Part shown: piece by piece, positions 36,089 through 47,260 of the stretch
How positions within the stretch are numbered: position 1 is the first letter of the stretch
How the letters are laid out: every line of letters starts with the position of its first letter
NCBI GenBank assembly: GCA_025594325.1
Contig: JANHCV010000013.1
Location: forward strand, 558,001-622,000
Length of the DNA: 64,000 bases
Direction of reading: 5' to 3'
From: Blastocladiella emersonii ATCC 22665
Taxonomy: Eukaryota; Fungi; Blastocladiomycota
Notes under the pieces: model-generated
What the model was told of the DNA's origin: nothing
What the model saw: only the letters and a program-made list of their open reading frames with translations
Database searches by the model: none
Position numbers and translations under genes: made by a program

Positions 36089-37216
36089 TCAGCGCTGCAT
36101 GTCCTCGGCCTTCTTCACCTCCTGGATCAGACTCTTGTACTGCGCAAGTCTCTCGGCCGCGTCCTTCCGCTGGCGCTCTGTGTCCACGAGCTTCTCCTTG
36201 AGGTGCTTGACCTCGTGGTCGATCTGCGTGAGCCGCTCGTTGCTGTTCTTGATGACAACTGCCATGGCGACCCCCGCAATCTGGCCCGCGAGCGGGATCA
36301 GCGCCGTTGACGCGGTGGCAATACTCAGGTTCTGGATCCGCTGCGAGTGCCACGCCTTGTCGCGGTGGAGCTCCTCGATCATGGCCAGCGACGTTTCGCG
36401 GTCGTTGGTCAGGCTCTCAAGGTTGCCCTCAGCCGTGGCCATGAGCTCGCTGTACGTCTCGCGCACGATGAGCGGGCGCAGGTCGCACACGGCGGCGCGG
36501 ATGCACTCGATGGTCACGTACCGCATCTCGTCGCGGTCGCCGAGATCGATGCACGCGACGTTGCGCCCGACCTCAAAGAAGTTGACGCCATGTTTCGCGA
36601 GCTGCGCCAGGTACTCGGTCGGGTCGTACTCGGCCGCCTGCTGCGGCTTCTGCCGCGTGCGCGGGTTGCCGCTGCGCCCGGCCTTGGTCAGGACGAGAAA
36701 GCAGTTGCGCTCGTTGATGTCCGAGACGATCTTGAGCAGCTGCAGCTGGTTGATGAGTGCGACGGGCCCGCGCAGCGCGCTCGCGACGACCAGGAGCACG
36801 GCCGGCGTCGCCTTGATGTCGCGCAGGTTTTCCTCGGTCACGTCCTCGATCTTCTTGCCAAGCCCGCCGAACCCGTCGCCGTCTTGGATGTACATGGTCA
36901 CGTTCGGCGGTAAGACCAGCGGGTTGACGGGCGACGTCTTGCCGCCTGATACGACGCTCTCGACGCCGTCGCTCGTCTCAAACACCTCGGCAAAGTTGCC
37001 GTCCTTGTCGTAGAACTCGACAAAATCGTTGCAGAAGGTCGACTTGCCTGGAGGAGGCGGCGGTCATCAGTTACTCATGTAACGCCAAAGGGAACCAGCA
37101 CCCTCGCACGTACCATCGCCGACTTGGCCAAGAGCCTTGACGCGGACAGTGATGTTCTCGCCCTTGCGGGCAATGTTGGCCCAGATCTCCTCCGTAGGCC
37201 CGTTAATGTTGGTCAT
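36089..37216 (-). CDS. P-loop GTPase (TRAFAC-like) with C-terminal hydrophobic segment and coiled coil, ~353 aa; intron 37048-37113
   Basis: Splicing creates Walker A GQVGD|GKST. QDGDG is DxxG and LTKAG is a degenerate G4. IATASTALIPLAGQIAGVAMAVVI is followed by heptad-like helices. Confidence 0.8.
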
Positions 37217-37555
37217 GGTATTTACTTAATGATGCAAGAGCGTGCGTACGAACAGCTCGGATTTCGTGTACTTGTGCGAAATGCAACGCACCAACCCCTG
37301 ATGGACAGATGGTGGACAATCGCGATACAGCTCGAATCACGTGCAGTTGAGCTGCGCGTCGCCGCTCGCTCCCAGCGAAGCTGCCCAAAAAAACAGCGTC
37401 ATGACACAGAGGCACCAATCAAATATATGAAAAACAACGATTCAAGGGTGAACAGGCTCAGGGGGCAACAAGTCGGGACCGACACAGAGCTGAGAGGTCG
37501 CTTCGTGGTCGAAGCCCAGCTCAGAGAGACACGAGAAAACAGCTCTAGTGGCAAA

Positions 37556-39845
37556 CTACTGAGTCGCGTCAAAAGCAGACGGTGCGAGCCGTTTGAGCTC
37601 AGCCAACTCGACCTTTCCAGCGAAAGTTGGGTCCAATTCTAGCTCTCGCGAGAGCTGAACAAGTTCAGGCGTGTCGGCTGTGCCATCAAGCGCGCCATCG
37701 TGGAGCAACTCGCTGAATACGCCGGGAATCGGCCTGTAGCTCTCAATAAAGAGCAACGTTGAGAGCGGATCGACGCGTGCGAGCGTCCGAAATAGGAATC
37801 GCAACAGCCCTCCTTCGACAGCACACGTGTTGCACCGAAGCCGAGCCTTGCGACGCAATGCCTGAGCCGTACGATGCTCAAGGCACTCGAGCTCTTCGGG
37901 GTCGCCGTCAATCCCGTTGAACCACCGTTCGTCGACCTCGCGCAAAGCCGTCGGGAAGTGCTCGACCAGGGCCGTGAACGCGCCGCGCCACGGCTTCTGG
38001 TCGATGAGCAGACACCGCCTGCATAATACTAGCCCAGGAGCACGAGGCGTATCGCGGTACCGATCGTCATCCGTGCTTGCCCAGAGCATCGCGCCGACAA
38101 AAAAGGGCGCCGTGCGCGTTTCCGCAACAACCGCGAGCGCGCGGTCACGAATTTTGGGATTGGAGACCGCGAATGCGAGCACAGACGCGATCGAGTAAGT
38201 GTAAGGCGCGAGATCGGTCCGGTCGCGGCCACGCGCGTCAATCGCGTAGCAGAGAATGGTAAGCAGGTCGGCAGGGTCCGCCGTGATCTCCCCACCGATC
38301 AGCGCATCTATGGTATGGTTCAGGCAAGTTTCCTGCGCAAAGACTTTGCCAAAGAGCGGGAGGTGGTCGCGGACACCAGTGTCTCGCGCAAGCAACACGA
38401 TCATTTCGGGGATCTCGCGGATCGTTTGGGGGTGCAGGGACAGTTCAAAAGCTACACGAGTAGGTGAGTGATTAATTAGTGAACCGCCCAAGGGACAAGC
38501 GGGTCAGTGGGGCGTAGTCGTATCGTACCTTGGACGAGAACGTTTCGCCAGGCATCGCGCTGGCCCTCGAAATGAGAGCGAATAAAGTCAACAATCGCAG
38601 AGCTGTAAGAACCCAGCGCGTTTACAAGGATTTCGCCCCAGCCTTCCGAGCTCGTACTCACGATGCCGTGGTCGATCAGACCCTGGAGTTGGTCTGGCGA
38701 GATCATCCTGCGCTGGACCCTGGTGTAGACGACTTGCCAAATCTTTTTCTTGTCTGAACGCGAGAACGACTCGAGCGCAACCGCAGTATGATGAGCAAGG
38801 AGATGCTCTAAGACCCGAGGCCCACACCACGTCGCAGCGCAGATAAAGGACGTGCGATCCTCATCAGCATGAGACCAGCCGTTGGAAATGAGCCAGTCGA
38901 GCACCCAGTTCACACTCGAGTTCGAGACATCGTTGCGAAGGTTCTTGAGACAGTCAACAAGCTGGCATGAAACGGGTTCGAGGCGGAGGATGTCGATGAG
39001 AGAGCTCGTGTCAAGTCCCACGGTTTGCGCCGTGAGCGGTCCAAGCAGGGCGCGTTGCCAAGTGAGGACGGCCATGCCACCAAGAAGCTCAGCGAGGCGA
39101 ATAGGCTGGTCACACAAGGAGGGAAGATTGAGGCCCGGCTGAGGGTTGGAGCTGCTGCCAAAAAAAAAAGTCTGCGCACTGGAAGGTCAAGTCGCACCCA
39201 GTCATCCGACTGCAACACGAGGTCGAAGATACTCGGAAACTTGGTCAATGCCTCGTCGAGAAGGATCGAAAAGAGCGAGAGACGGCATTGGGTGACTGAA
39301 TCAAAAAGTAGACGGAGGTACGCGCCAAGCGGGGTCTGCAGAAGAGCTGAGACTTGAAGTGCGGGAGTACTGCTTTGCTGGGCACGAACGCGGGCTTCCA
39401 AAAGGCTGGGCAGTCGATCTCCAGCAGCAATGGATCGGGCAAGCTGGTGCAACATGGAATCATGCATAGGGAAGGCGTCCAACGGCGCGCCGTCGCTAAC
39501 CCAACGATCCGGAAGCTTCTCGCGGCGCGGTGAAAGCAGTCGACGCCGATTTCGGACGTTTAGCTCCACCTTGCGAAATGCGAGCAAAGCATTTGAAACT
39601 ACGCGCGTAGCGGGACTTTCCGCCTTGGTCACAGATCGGATCCAGGAGTCAAGCGGCGGAAGCTTGGCGGAAATCCAACCATTGACGGTAAGGGAGTCAA
39701 GTGAGGCAGAATACAGGACACTCGAGGAGGCAGGAACGCGCAAGGTCGGTAAGGCGAGTTGGGCAACCCTGGCAAGGAGATCCGAGGGCAAGTCGGCCAG
39801 CGTGGTCCGCGGAGCTCGCTCTTCAATATACATGGAGTTATTCAT
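37556..39845 (-). pseudogene. F-box-like repeat-family gene, copy E (intron 38452-38528; frameshift at or near the A10 run 39160-39169)
   Basis: MNNSM...TLADLPSDLLARVAQLA; QPIRLAELL and VLDWLISNGW in the next frame; the conserved intron; PGLVLCRRCLLIDQKPWRGAF. Confidence 0.8.
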
Positions 39846-40290
39846 GGTTCAAGTGATTGCATTGCAGGGTGCGAGCTGGCGTCAGGGAGAGCGGGCGAGG
39901 GGTGAGCGAACAGCGACGCAAAAGCGGTTTGCTCAAAGTGCGGCGAGTATCACGTGAGATCTCACATGATATCTCGACGCGTCCTTCCCGGTGCGTCCCC
40001 AGTGACCGGGCATTCTCGCGTCTTGGCACGAAGGAGCACGATACCACCCCCGCGCGCGATGCAGCCTCACAACGGTGATTCATGTAGGAGCTGGCGTGCT
40101 GTAGCTAGGCTTCAGACACGGCATGTACACCTTTGCTGGGGCGAGCTGAGAGTGTCGCGGCGGGTGACAGTTGGGAACGATGGTCAGGGAATAAAGCTTT
40201 TGTATTAAAGAATATTGACTACGTTGCTCGCGGCGATCCGAAATTCCGCCTCAAAAAGGGAACACGATACCTCGCACGCCGATCGACCTC

Positions 40291-41364
40291 CTAGGATTCG
40301 CTGTACGCCTGGTCGAAATCGGCCGCCACGCGTCCAGTACGGTCGCGCTCGAGCACAAGGTCGCAACCCTCGGGACATTTTCGATCGAACATGTCTAGGG
40401 CCCATCCGTCGTTAAACTCGACATTCAGCCAGCCGTGCGCGTAGAGCCACTCGATGACCGCGGCCACGTCGCGGTACGCCTTGGCGCGAACCCACAAGTT
40501 GGTATCAAACGCCCAATAGGCGGGCCCGCGCGCCCGGAAGGTGGTGGCGAGCGCTTTTTGGTTCACGGCGTACTGCGGACGCAGGAGCACCTGCAGCGAC
40601 TCGATCTGCCAGTTGCCGATCGCGAGGAAGGCGAGAACTTCGACAAAGCGAGGCTGACGGTTGCCGCCAAACTTGGTCGGGAATTTGAGTTTTTCGGGGA
40701 AACTGCAGGAGCCGGTCAGGATTTGGGTCCAGGAAGCCCACGATTCTGAAGTGGTAAGCAGCTGCGGCCAGCACGCCTGAATATCGGCAAGCACCTGCTC
40801 CAGGATGCCAGTGAGGCCCGAATCAGCTGCGCGAATCGCGACGAGGAGGTAAATCGCAACCGGGTGATGAAAGAGAGCGCGAAGGCCGGCTTCCTTGGCG
40901 CGTTTGACAAGGGTGCCGAGGTGAGAGGCCGTTTGCCCCAAGTTGAGCTGCCCGCCGTGGCGCAACGCAGTCACTCGGCGCTTGGTAACCAAGAGGAGCA
41001 TGCGGGTGAAGGACTCGATTGGGACGCGCAGGTGACGCGCCGAAAACTTGCCGTCGGTATATAGGGCTCGGTCGCCAAAGTACAAACTGCCGTCATAGTA
41101 GCCTGCGAGGCCATCCCAGAGGGTGTAGCACCACGCCTGAGAGTGGAGTTCGTCAAGTAGCCAAGTGGATTGCACGGACAAGTCGCAAGAAAGACGGTGG
41201 GTGACGCTCGAGCAGGCGGCGACGGCGGGGTAGGGCCGCGCGAGCTTGACTACCGCAAGGGCAAGTTCGGTCGGGAGGTCGTTGAAGTGAAGGTCTCGCG
41301 ATCCCGCCGCGGCCAACGTGTTTTGAGTCGATTGCATGGAGTGTTGCATCGAGTCTTGTTGCAT
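40291..41364 (-). CDS. F-box-like repeat-family gene, copy F, C-terminally truncated (no exon 2 seen)
   Basis: HFNDLPTELALAVVKLA, HHPVAIYLL, QPRFVEVLAFLA and IEWLYAHGW align to exon 1 of copies B/C. The ORF stops before the shared intron position. Confidence 0.75.
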   Translation of the reverse strand: MQQDSMQHSMQSTQNTLAAAGSRDLHFNDLPTELALAVVKLARPYPAVAACSSVTHRLSCDLSVQSTWLLDELHSQAWCYTLWDGLAGYYDGSLYFGDRALYTDGKFSARHLRVPIESFTRMLLLVTKRRVTALRHGGQLNLGQTASHLGTLVKRAKEAGLRALFHHPVAIYLLVAIRAADSGLTGILEQVLADIQACWPQLLTTSESWASWTQILTGSCSFPEKLKFPTKFGGNRQPRFVEVLAFLAIGNWQIESLQVLLRPQYAVNQKALATTFRARGPAYWAFDTNLWVRAKAYRDVAAVIEWLYAHGWLNVEFNDGWALDMFDRKCPEGCDLVLERDRTGRVAADFDQAYSES

Positions 41365-41915
41365 GGTACGCCGAACGACGAGAGAGTCAGGGAGAAGGAG
41401 ATGCGCGCGAGTCGAGCAGAGCTCCCCTTCACTGCTGCTGACCGTTCGCTGACCAATTGCGTTCGCTGACCGTTTCGCCTTAACGCGCCTTCCAAGAAGC
41501 TCACCGATGGTTCCAAGTTCCAAAGAAAGGCTTGTCTTAGCATTGTTTTTATCGGGTACGTGATGGCTCGGGAGGGGAAAAGTGAAACGAGCCGCGTCTG
41601 TTCCAAGCCCGCGGACGCGGTCAGGTGCACATGTTCATCGCGTCGAAGTCGCGTCGGACCCACGCATCACCTGGAACGGAGAGCCGACGGAGAACCGTAA
41701 AAAACTTGAAGATTCAAGCAGGAGCTCTCGACCGAGCGACGAACGAAAAGAGAATGTATGGGCGCAAACGAAAAGAGAATGTATGAGCGCGAGTGGAGCG
41801 ACAATCGAGGGTGGGTGGAACCGTGTTACGGGCAGCGCGAGACACAATCCACGCGCACGAGATCACGTAAGCCGTGTGTCTCGGCAAACGTACGCATCCA
41901 CTGTGGGTCAGCGCG

Positions 41916-44130
41916 CTAAAACTCGTGGAGGAGATATCGCGTAGGCCCACCATTCGGCGCGCTCGCCGCGCAGCAGGCGTTTTTAGCCTCGCGCTTAAGC
42001 CCAGAAACCAGTCCGCGGGCGAGTTTCCCATTGGCAGCCGAGTCGCGGAAGTAGCGGTATGTCTCGATTTCGCGCATGGCAGTTGGGAACCAGGCAAGCG
42101 TCGCTTTGAGCGCATTTCGCCATGCGCGCTGGTAGGTGACAGGGCATTGAGAACATAGTGCAAGGCCGGTGGCGGCGAACGTGCACTGCGGGCAGTCCCC
42201 GCAAGCTGAGGTCCAGAGCATCGCTCCAAGCAGGTACGAGGCGGTGCATGTCCCGGCAATAACCTTGAGTGCACGGGCGCGCGCGTTTGGGGAGCCGAGG
42301 GCAACAGGCGCGATCCACGCTACTGGCCGCGTCGCGTTTTGAAGATACGGACTCTCTGGGCCAAGAAAGCAAACGACCTTGAGTGCGATTGCCAGAAGAT
42401 CCACTGGGTCCGCGATCACGTCGCACTCGAGCAAAACACGAAAAAGCGATTCGGGTTCGTCGTTCATGAGCACGGCCTCGCTGAAGCGGTCCGTCATGTC
42501 GCCAAGTCCAAGTCCCGAGTCGCGGGCAAACTTGACGACAGCCTGCGGTGACGTGGCAGACAAAGCTTGTGCGTTAAGATTTGAACGCGACGCGCTGTAG
42601 ACCACGAGGCTATGACAAAGGGCTACACTTGCCTTGAGTGCGTTTAGTGCGATTTGAGAGCACTGTCAGTTTACTAGCGACGCGTACCAGCCACGACTGC
42701 GTTGAGCCACGCATTGGGGCCGAGATAACCTTGGAACAGCATGATGATGTCAGGACAGGGCGTAATTGAAAAGGCAACGGCTTTTCCCCACTCGCGGGGG
42801 TCCAAACAAAGGAGGTCGTGCTCAAGGATGAGCGCCATTTGATCAGGTTTGATCTATGGGGCTGTCTGAAGTCGAGTAAAAATTGTATAACTAAGTCCGT
42901 GGTAATCTTGATTGACATCCCTAGCTCGGCCCACAGTAGCGACATGAGCATGGTGCTCGAGGCCCACAGTAGCGACATGAGCATGGTGCTCGAGGCCCAC
43001 AGTAGCGACATGAGCATGGTGCTCGAGGCCCACAGTAGCGACATGAGCATGGTGCTCGAGGCCCACAGTAGCGACATGAGCATGGTGCTCGAGGCCTACA
43101 GTAGCGACATGAGCATGGTGCTCGAGAACATGTAAAATTGCGTCAATCCCGCCCTTTTGCACAAAAACTACAAGGCTCATTGGCCGCCCCGCGGTTGTGG
43201 CGAACCAGCCGTTTGAAATGAGCCAATCGAGTACTTGCATATGCGATTGGCGGCCAAGGTTTCGGCGAAGCATGTAGAAGACAGGTTCAAGCTGAAGGAA
43301 AGAGACCAGCGCGGATACGTCAAGTCCAACATTGAGCGCGAGCATGGGATTTAGCATGTCAATGCACCAGTGCCGCACGGCGAGAAAAGTAACAAACTCG
43401 ACCAGACGAAGGGGATGGGTCAGCAGAGACGGGGTTCCATCGACGGTTCTGCAATCTCGGAAAACATGAAGAGGGCCCGTATTCCACTCTTCCCACGTCA
43501 TCTCGATCTCGAAGAGCGCCGGGCTGTGTTGGGCAATGCCTGATATAATGTAATGTGTGCAAGAAGCGGAGCAAACTTTCTCTCGATGACCATGGAGAGG
43601 ATTAGCACGCAGGTGGCGAGCGGGGGATTGGACAGTGGCGACATCGAGGCGGTCGTAATGCTCCAACGAATCGAGTCAGCAAGCTGCTCAGCGCGCCTGC
43701 CGCGCACAAGGTTCGCGAGCCGCCTGCCTCCAATGAGGGTCCAGAGAGCGCGGAGTAACGAGTTAGTTTCCTTGTTCGCAAGCTCAGTGTGAATACGCGA
43801 GCAATCCATGAGAAACTCGCTATTCCGAAGCACACAATGCGCTTGCGAGATTGTGCGCAAAGAAGAATCACACAAGTGTGGGTTGCCCCGAAAGTTCCAG
43901 GTTAAGCAATGAACACTCAATCGCTTGATTTCGGGAGGAAGCCAAACCGCGAGAGTAGGACGCTCACGCGCAAGCACAGTGAGGTTCTGAGAGGCGGCTG
44001 GGACGGCCGAGCGAGGCCGCGTGAGCTGGAACAGAAGAAGCAAGATTTCGGCGGGCAGCTCGGCCAGAGTCAAAGGCGGTGACCCCTCGTCCGGCGGAGA
44101 TCGGGCTCGCGAATGCATGTAGTTTCCCAT
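41916..44130 (-). pseudogene. F-box-like repeat-family gene, copy G (intron 42623-42687; several frameshifts and stops)
   Basis: TLAELPAEILLLLFQL, HPLRLVEF, VLDWLISNGW, the conserved intron, and GLALCSQCPVTYQRAWRNAL...NACCA. Confidence 0.8.
42928..43125. repeat. 33-bp tandem repeat x6 (ggcccacagtagcgacatgagcatggtgctcga), in frame as LEHHAHVATVG
   Basis: Five identical units and one with a single substitution are read directly. Confidence 0.97.
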
Positions 44131-44447
44131 GGTTTCGGTGAGTGTGGAGTCGGGTCGAGCGTTGCGAAGCGGAGCGCTGGCGACGGGCGGTCCGCGTCCG
44201 CCCGCGAAGCTGAAACGCGGCGTGTCCAGCGCGCATCAGCTGACCCGCCGCGAAATGACCTTCGCGCTCCTTTCGCTTTCGCTTTCGCGGCTGCCTCCGT
44301 TCGCCGTTTCAGCGACGCAACCGCTAAAACAAGGCCGCGGATTTCGTCATGTCGCAAAAGTCCCCCTGTTCGCGGCCAGCTTCTCGCCTGCACGGGTAGA
44401 CTAAGCGAGTGGTATATTCTAGCGATATGTGGAGCGGTTTGAACGTG

Positions 44448-46224
44448 CTACGCGACCTCGACCGATCCCCGCGGCTGCGCCAGCCGGCGCTTCTTGCTGT
44501 CGAGGCTGGCGGGGAGGTACCGCGAGTGGACGAGCTGGACCGCCGTGAGCGCCGCGAGGACGATCCACACGAGGACATGGTTGATCGGGAACGGCCGCGG
44601 CGCGCTGGTCGACCACGCGTACATCATGGTCCCGACGGCCGGCCCGATCCCACGCACCGCGGCCGCCGCCGTCTGGCCGAGCCCGTTTACCCTCCCGAGG
44701 TGTTCGGGATGAGCCGAATTGTTGATCATGGTCATGACGGGCGTGAACACGAACACGCTGCACGCGAGCCGCGCCGATTGGGCCACCAGCAGCGCCGCCC
44801 ACCGTGCCGCGTCCATGGCGCCGCCGCCCACGAGCCACGCGACGACCGGGAACGCTAGGTACGCCGCCGGGTACGCGACGAGCCCGCGACGGTACAGCTT
44901 GCGCAGCGAGGCGACGTGCGCGGCGAAGCGAGGGTATGCGCCGAGCTGCAGGAGGAGCTCGAGGCCGCCCATGACCGCGAGCGACGCGCCGACTTGCGCT
45001 GACGTGAGGACCAGGCCGCCGCGCGAGTAGGGCTGCACGGCGAAGAGGGCAAAGACTTCGTCGAACAGCGTCGTGTGCAGCGCGACGAGCGCGTAGCCGG
45101 CGACGGCGTGGTACGAGGCCCACCCGAGGCCCGCCTCGTGCTCGGCGGCAACGTTGGGCGCGGGGTCATAGGTCGCGGAGACGGGGACCTCGTCGTCGGT
45201 CGAGGGTGGTGAGTCCATGAGAGCTTTTGGGCAGCCGTGATCGGCAGTGCGAGTCTCAGTGACCATGGTCGACTGGCTGCTACGGAGAAGTGGGGAAGTC
45301 TCGTCCTCGGCACCTGCGTGGGACAGCGACGGCGCATCGACCCGAGCAGGAACAGCAGCCCGCGGGCGCCGCCCCGGCCCCGTCTCCTCGAGGAACGCGA
45401 ACCCGGCGATACACCCGGCCATGGACACGATCGCCGAGACAGCGCACGGGAAGAAGTAGGGGAACCGGGTGAGAAACGCGTTCCCGGCGAACAGCTCGGG
45501 GAACGTGGTGACGGGGTTGGCCAGGAGCCCGCCGATCATGGGCCCAATGATCCCGCCGACGCCCCAGGCGAGGCCGAACACGGAAAAGCCCAGGTCCTGG
45601 TTCGACTCGTCGCAGATCTCGCCGAGCACGCACTTGACGACGCCGATGTTGGCGTTGAGGATCCCGCACAGCGCACGGCAGATGAGCGCGGCGCGGAACG
45701 AGGTCGAGGTGCCGAACGCGAGCATCGTCGCCGTGTTGCCGAGCAGGCCGATCAGTAGAACGGGTTTCCGGCCGACGCGGTCCGACGCCCAGCCCCAGAA
45801 GACCGAGGTGCAGAACTGCGCGAGCGAGAAGACGGACGCCAGCAGGCCGACGTAGTACCCGAGCTGCGCCTCGTCGTCGACCACGCCAAAGTCGCGGACC
45901 TGTCGTGATCGCCGCGTGAGTGGGTTGCATCAGGTGTCCGAGTTGAGAGCGACGCACCATGAAGTAGACGAACGGGAAGAGGATTGACAGGCTGACGGGC
46001 TCCGAGAGGATGCATATCGAGAGCACGACCATGGGCCGGAGCGGGAGCGGCGTCGCCGTGTGCCGCTTGGCTGGCTCATGCCCGAGCGGATCATCCGCTG
46101 TCGCAGGTAACCGCTGATCCACTACGCTGCCATAGTTGATGCAATGAAGAGAGTCGGACGAGTCGATGCATGGTGCTGATGCAGAGTGCGCGACCGCGGC
46201 GTGATGCGGCGAGCTAGGCTCCAT
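44448..46224 (-). CDS. MFS transporter (DHA1/ZIFL-like), ~572 aa; intron 45900-45957
   Basis: EPVSLSILFPFVYFM|VRDFG, WGWASDRVGRKPVLLIG (motif A), GGIIGPMIGG and about 12 hydrophobic segments. Confidence 0.92.
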
Positions 46225-46907
46225 GGCCGTGTGAGTGCAATGAGTGGCGAGTGATCTAGCTAGAGAGCGAGAGCGCCGACCTCAAGCGCGCACCGAGCGG
46301 GCGGACGGCGGCGGCGGTGGGGGAGGGCCGTCGGCGCAGCGCGCGGTGAGTCGCGCGGAGCGCACGCGTCTCGCACTCCCCACGTGATTTCGAAACGCGT
46401 CTCCCGTCTCCCACTTGCCGCGAACGATGGATCGCACGGCCGAACAATTGCGCGGGGCTCCCTGGCAATGTTCTAGAACCGACCACGACCGAGTTTGACG
46501 TCAACACTCACGATGGCCACGATCGTGACCTTTCAAGTTTCGCGAGAGGAAGGTGAGCTATATATATATCGGCTGTTACACACAACACACCGAATCGACT
46601 CGGAACAGTAAGCCCAGCGATCCCGAAGCAGAATCAGGGCGGTCCACGACCACGCGCACGCGTCCGATGGCGCCGTACCCACGCAACCCCCACGACCGTC
46701 GGCAGCCCGCGGAGCCGCTTGCCCGCTCTCCTAGGCAGCTCGCGGCGCCCGTCGATCCCGACCGGGTTATCAGGGCACGCGATATGCGCAAACGGGCGAG
46801 AACAATGGGCGGGCGCGGAGAGTGCCAGTGCGAGCGGTCGGACGCGCTGCACCGCGAGCGTGAAGCGAGAGTTGTCGGTTGTCGGCGGGGGAGGAGCGAC
46901 GGGTGGG

Positions 46908-47260
46908 ACGCCGACGCGTGCGCGCGGTCGCGGACCGGGTCTGAGAATGATTCGAGCGACGTCTAGGCGCAGGGCGAGAGTCAGTCAGGTCGCGAGCTTC
47001 GAAGTTGGGCTCAGGGCGACGAACCTGAGCTCGGCTGTAGCGAACAGCGGAAGTACAAGCGATCGGACGCGCGGCGCTGCAGGAGTGAAGCGATGGGCTG
47101 CCAAGAAGAGAAGTGTAACGCGAAGGGCGCCGACGTGTGCGGGTGGTCGCGGGCCGGGCCCGCTAATGATTCGAACTTGGTCTACACGCGGGGCGAGAGT
47201 CAGTTGGGTGGCGAACTTCGAGGTTCGGTGCGGGGCGAAGAAACCTGATCTTAGCCTGGT
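46908..47260 (+). repeat. Diverged ~135-bp direct repeat (about 46908-47040 and 47127-47260)
   Basis: Shared blocks gccgacg..tgcg, ggtcgcgg.ccggg, aatgattcga, ggcgagagtcagt, cttcga.gtt and aacctga.ct occur in the same order. Confidence 0.65.

Noticed and set aside
35898-37013. 371-aa plus ORF
   Set aside because: Antisense to the GTPase exon 2, which has the motifs and splice signals.
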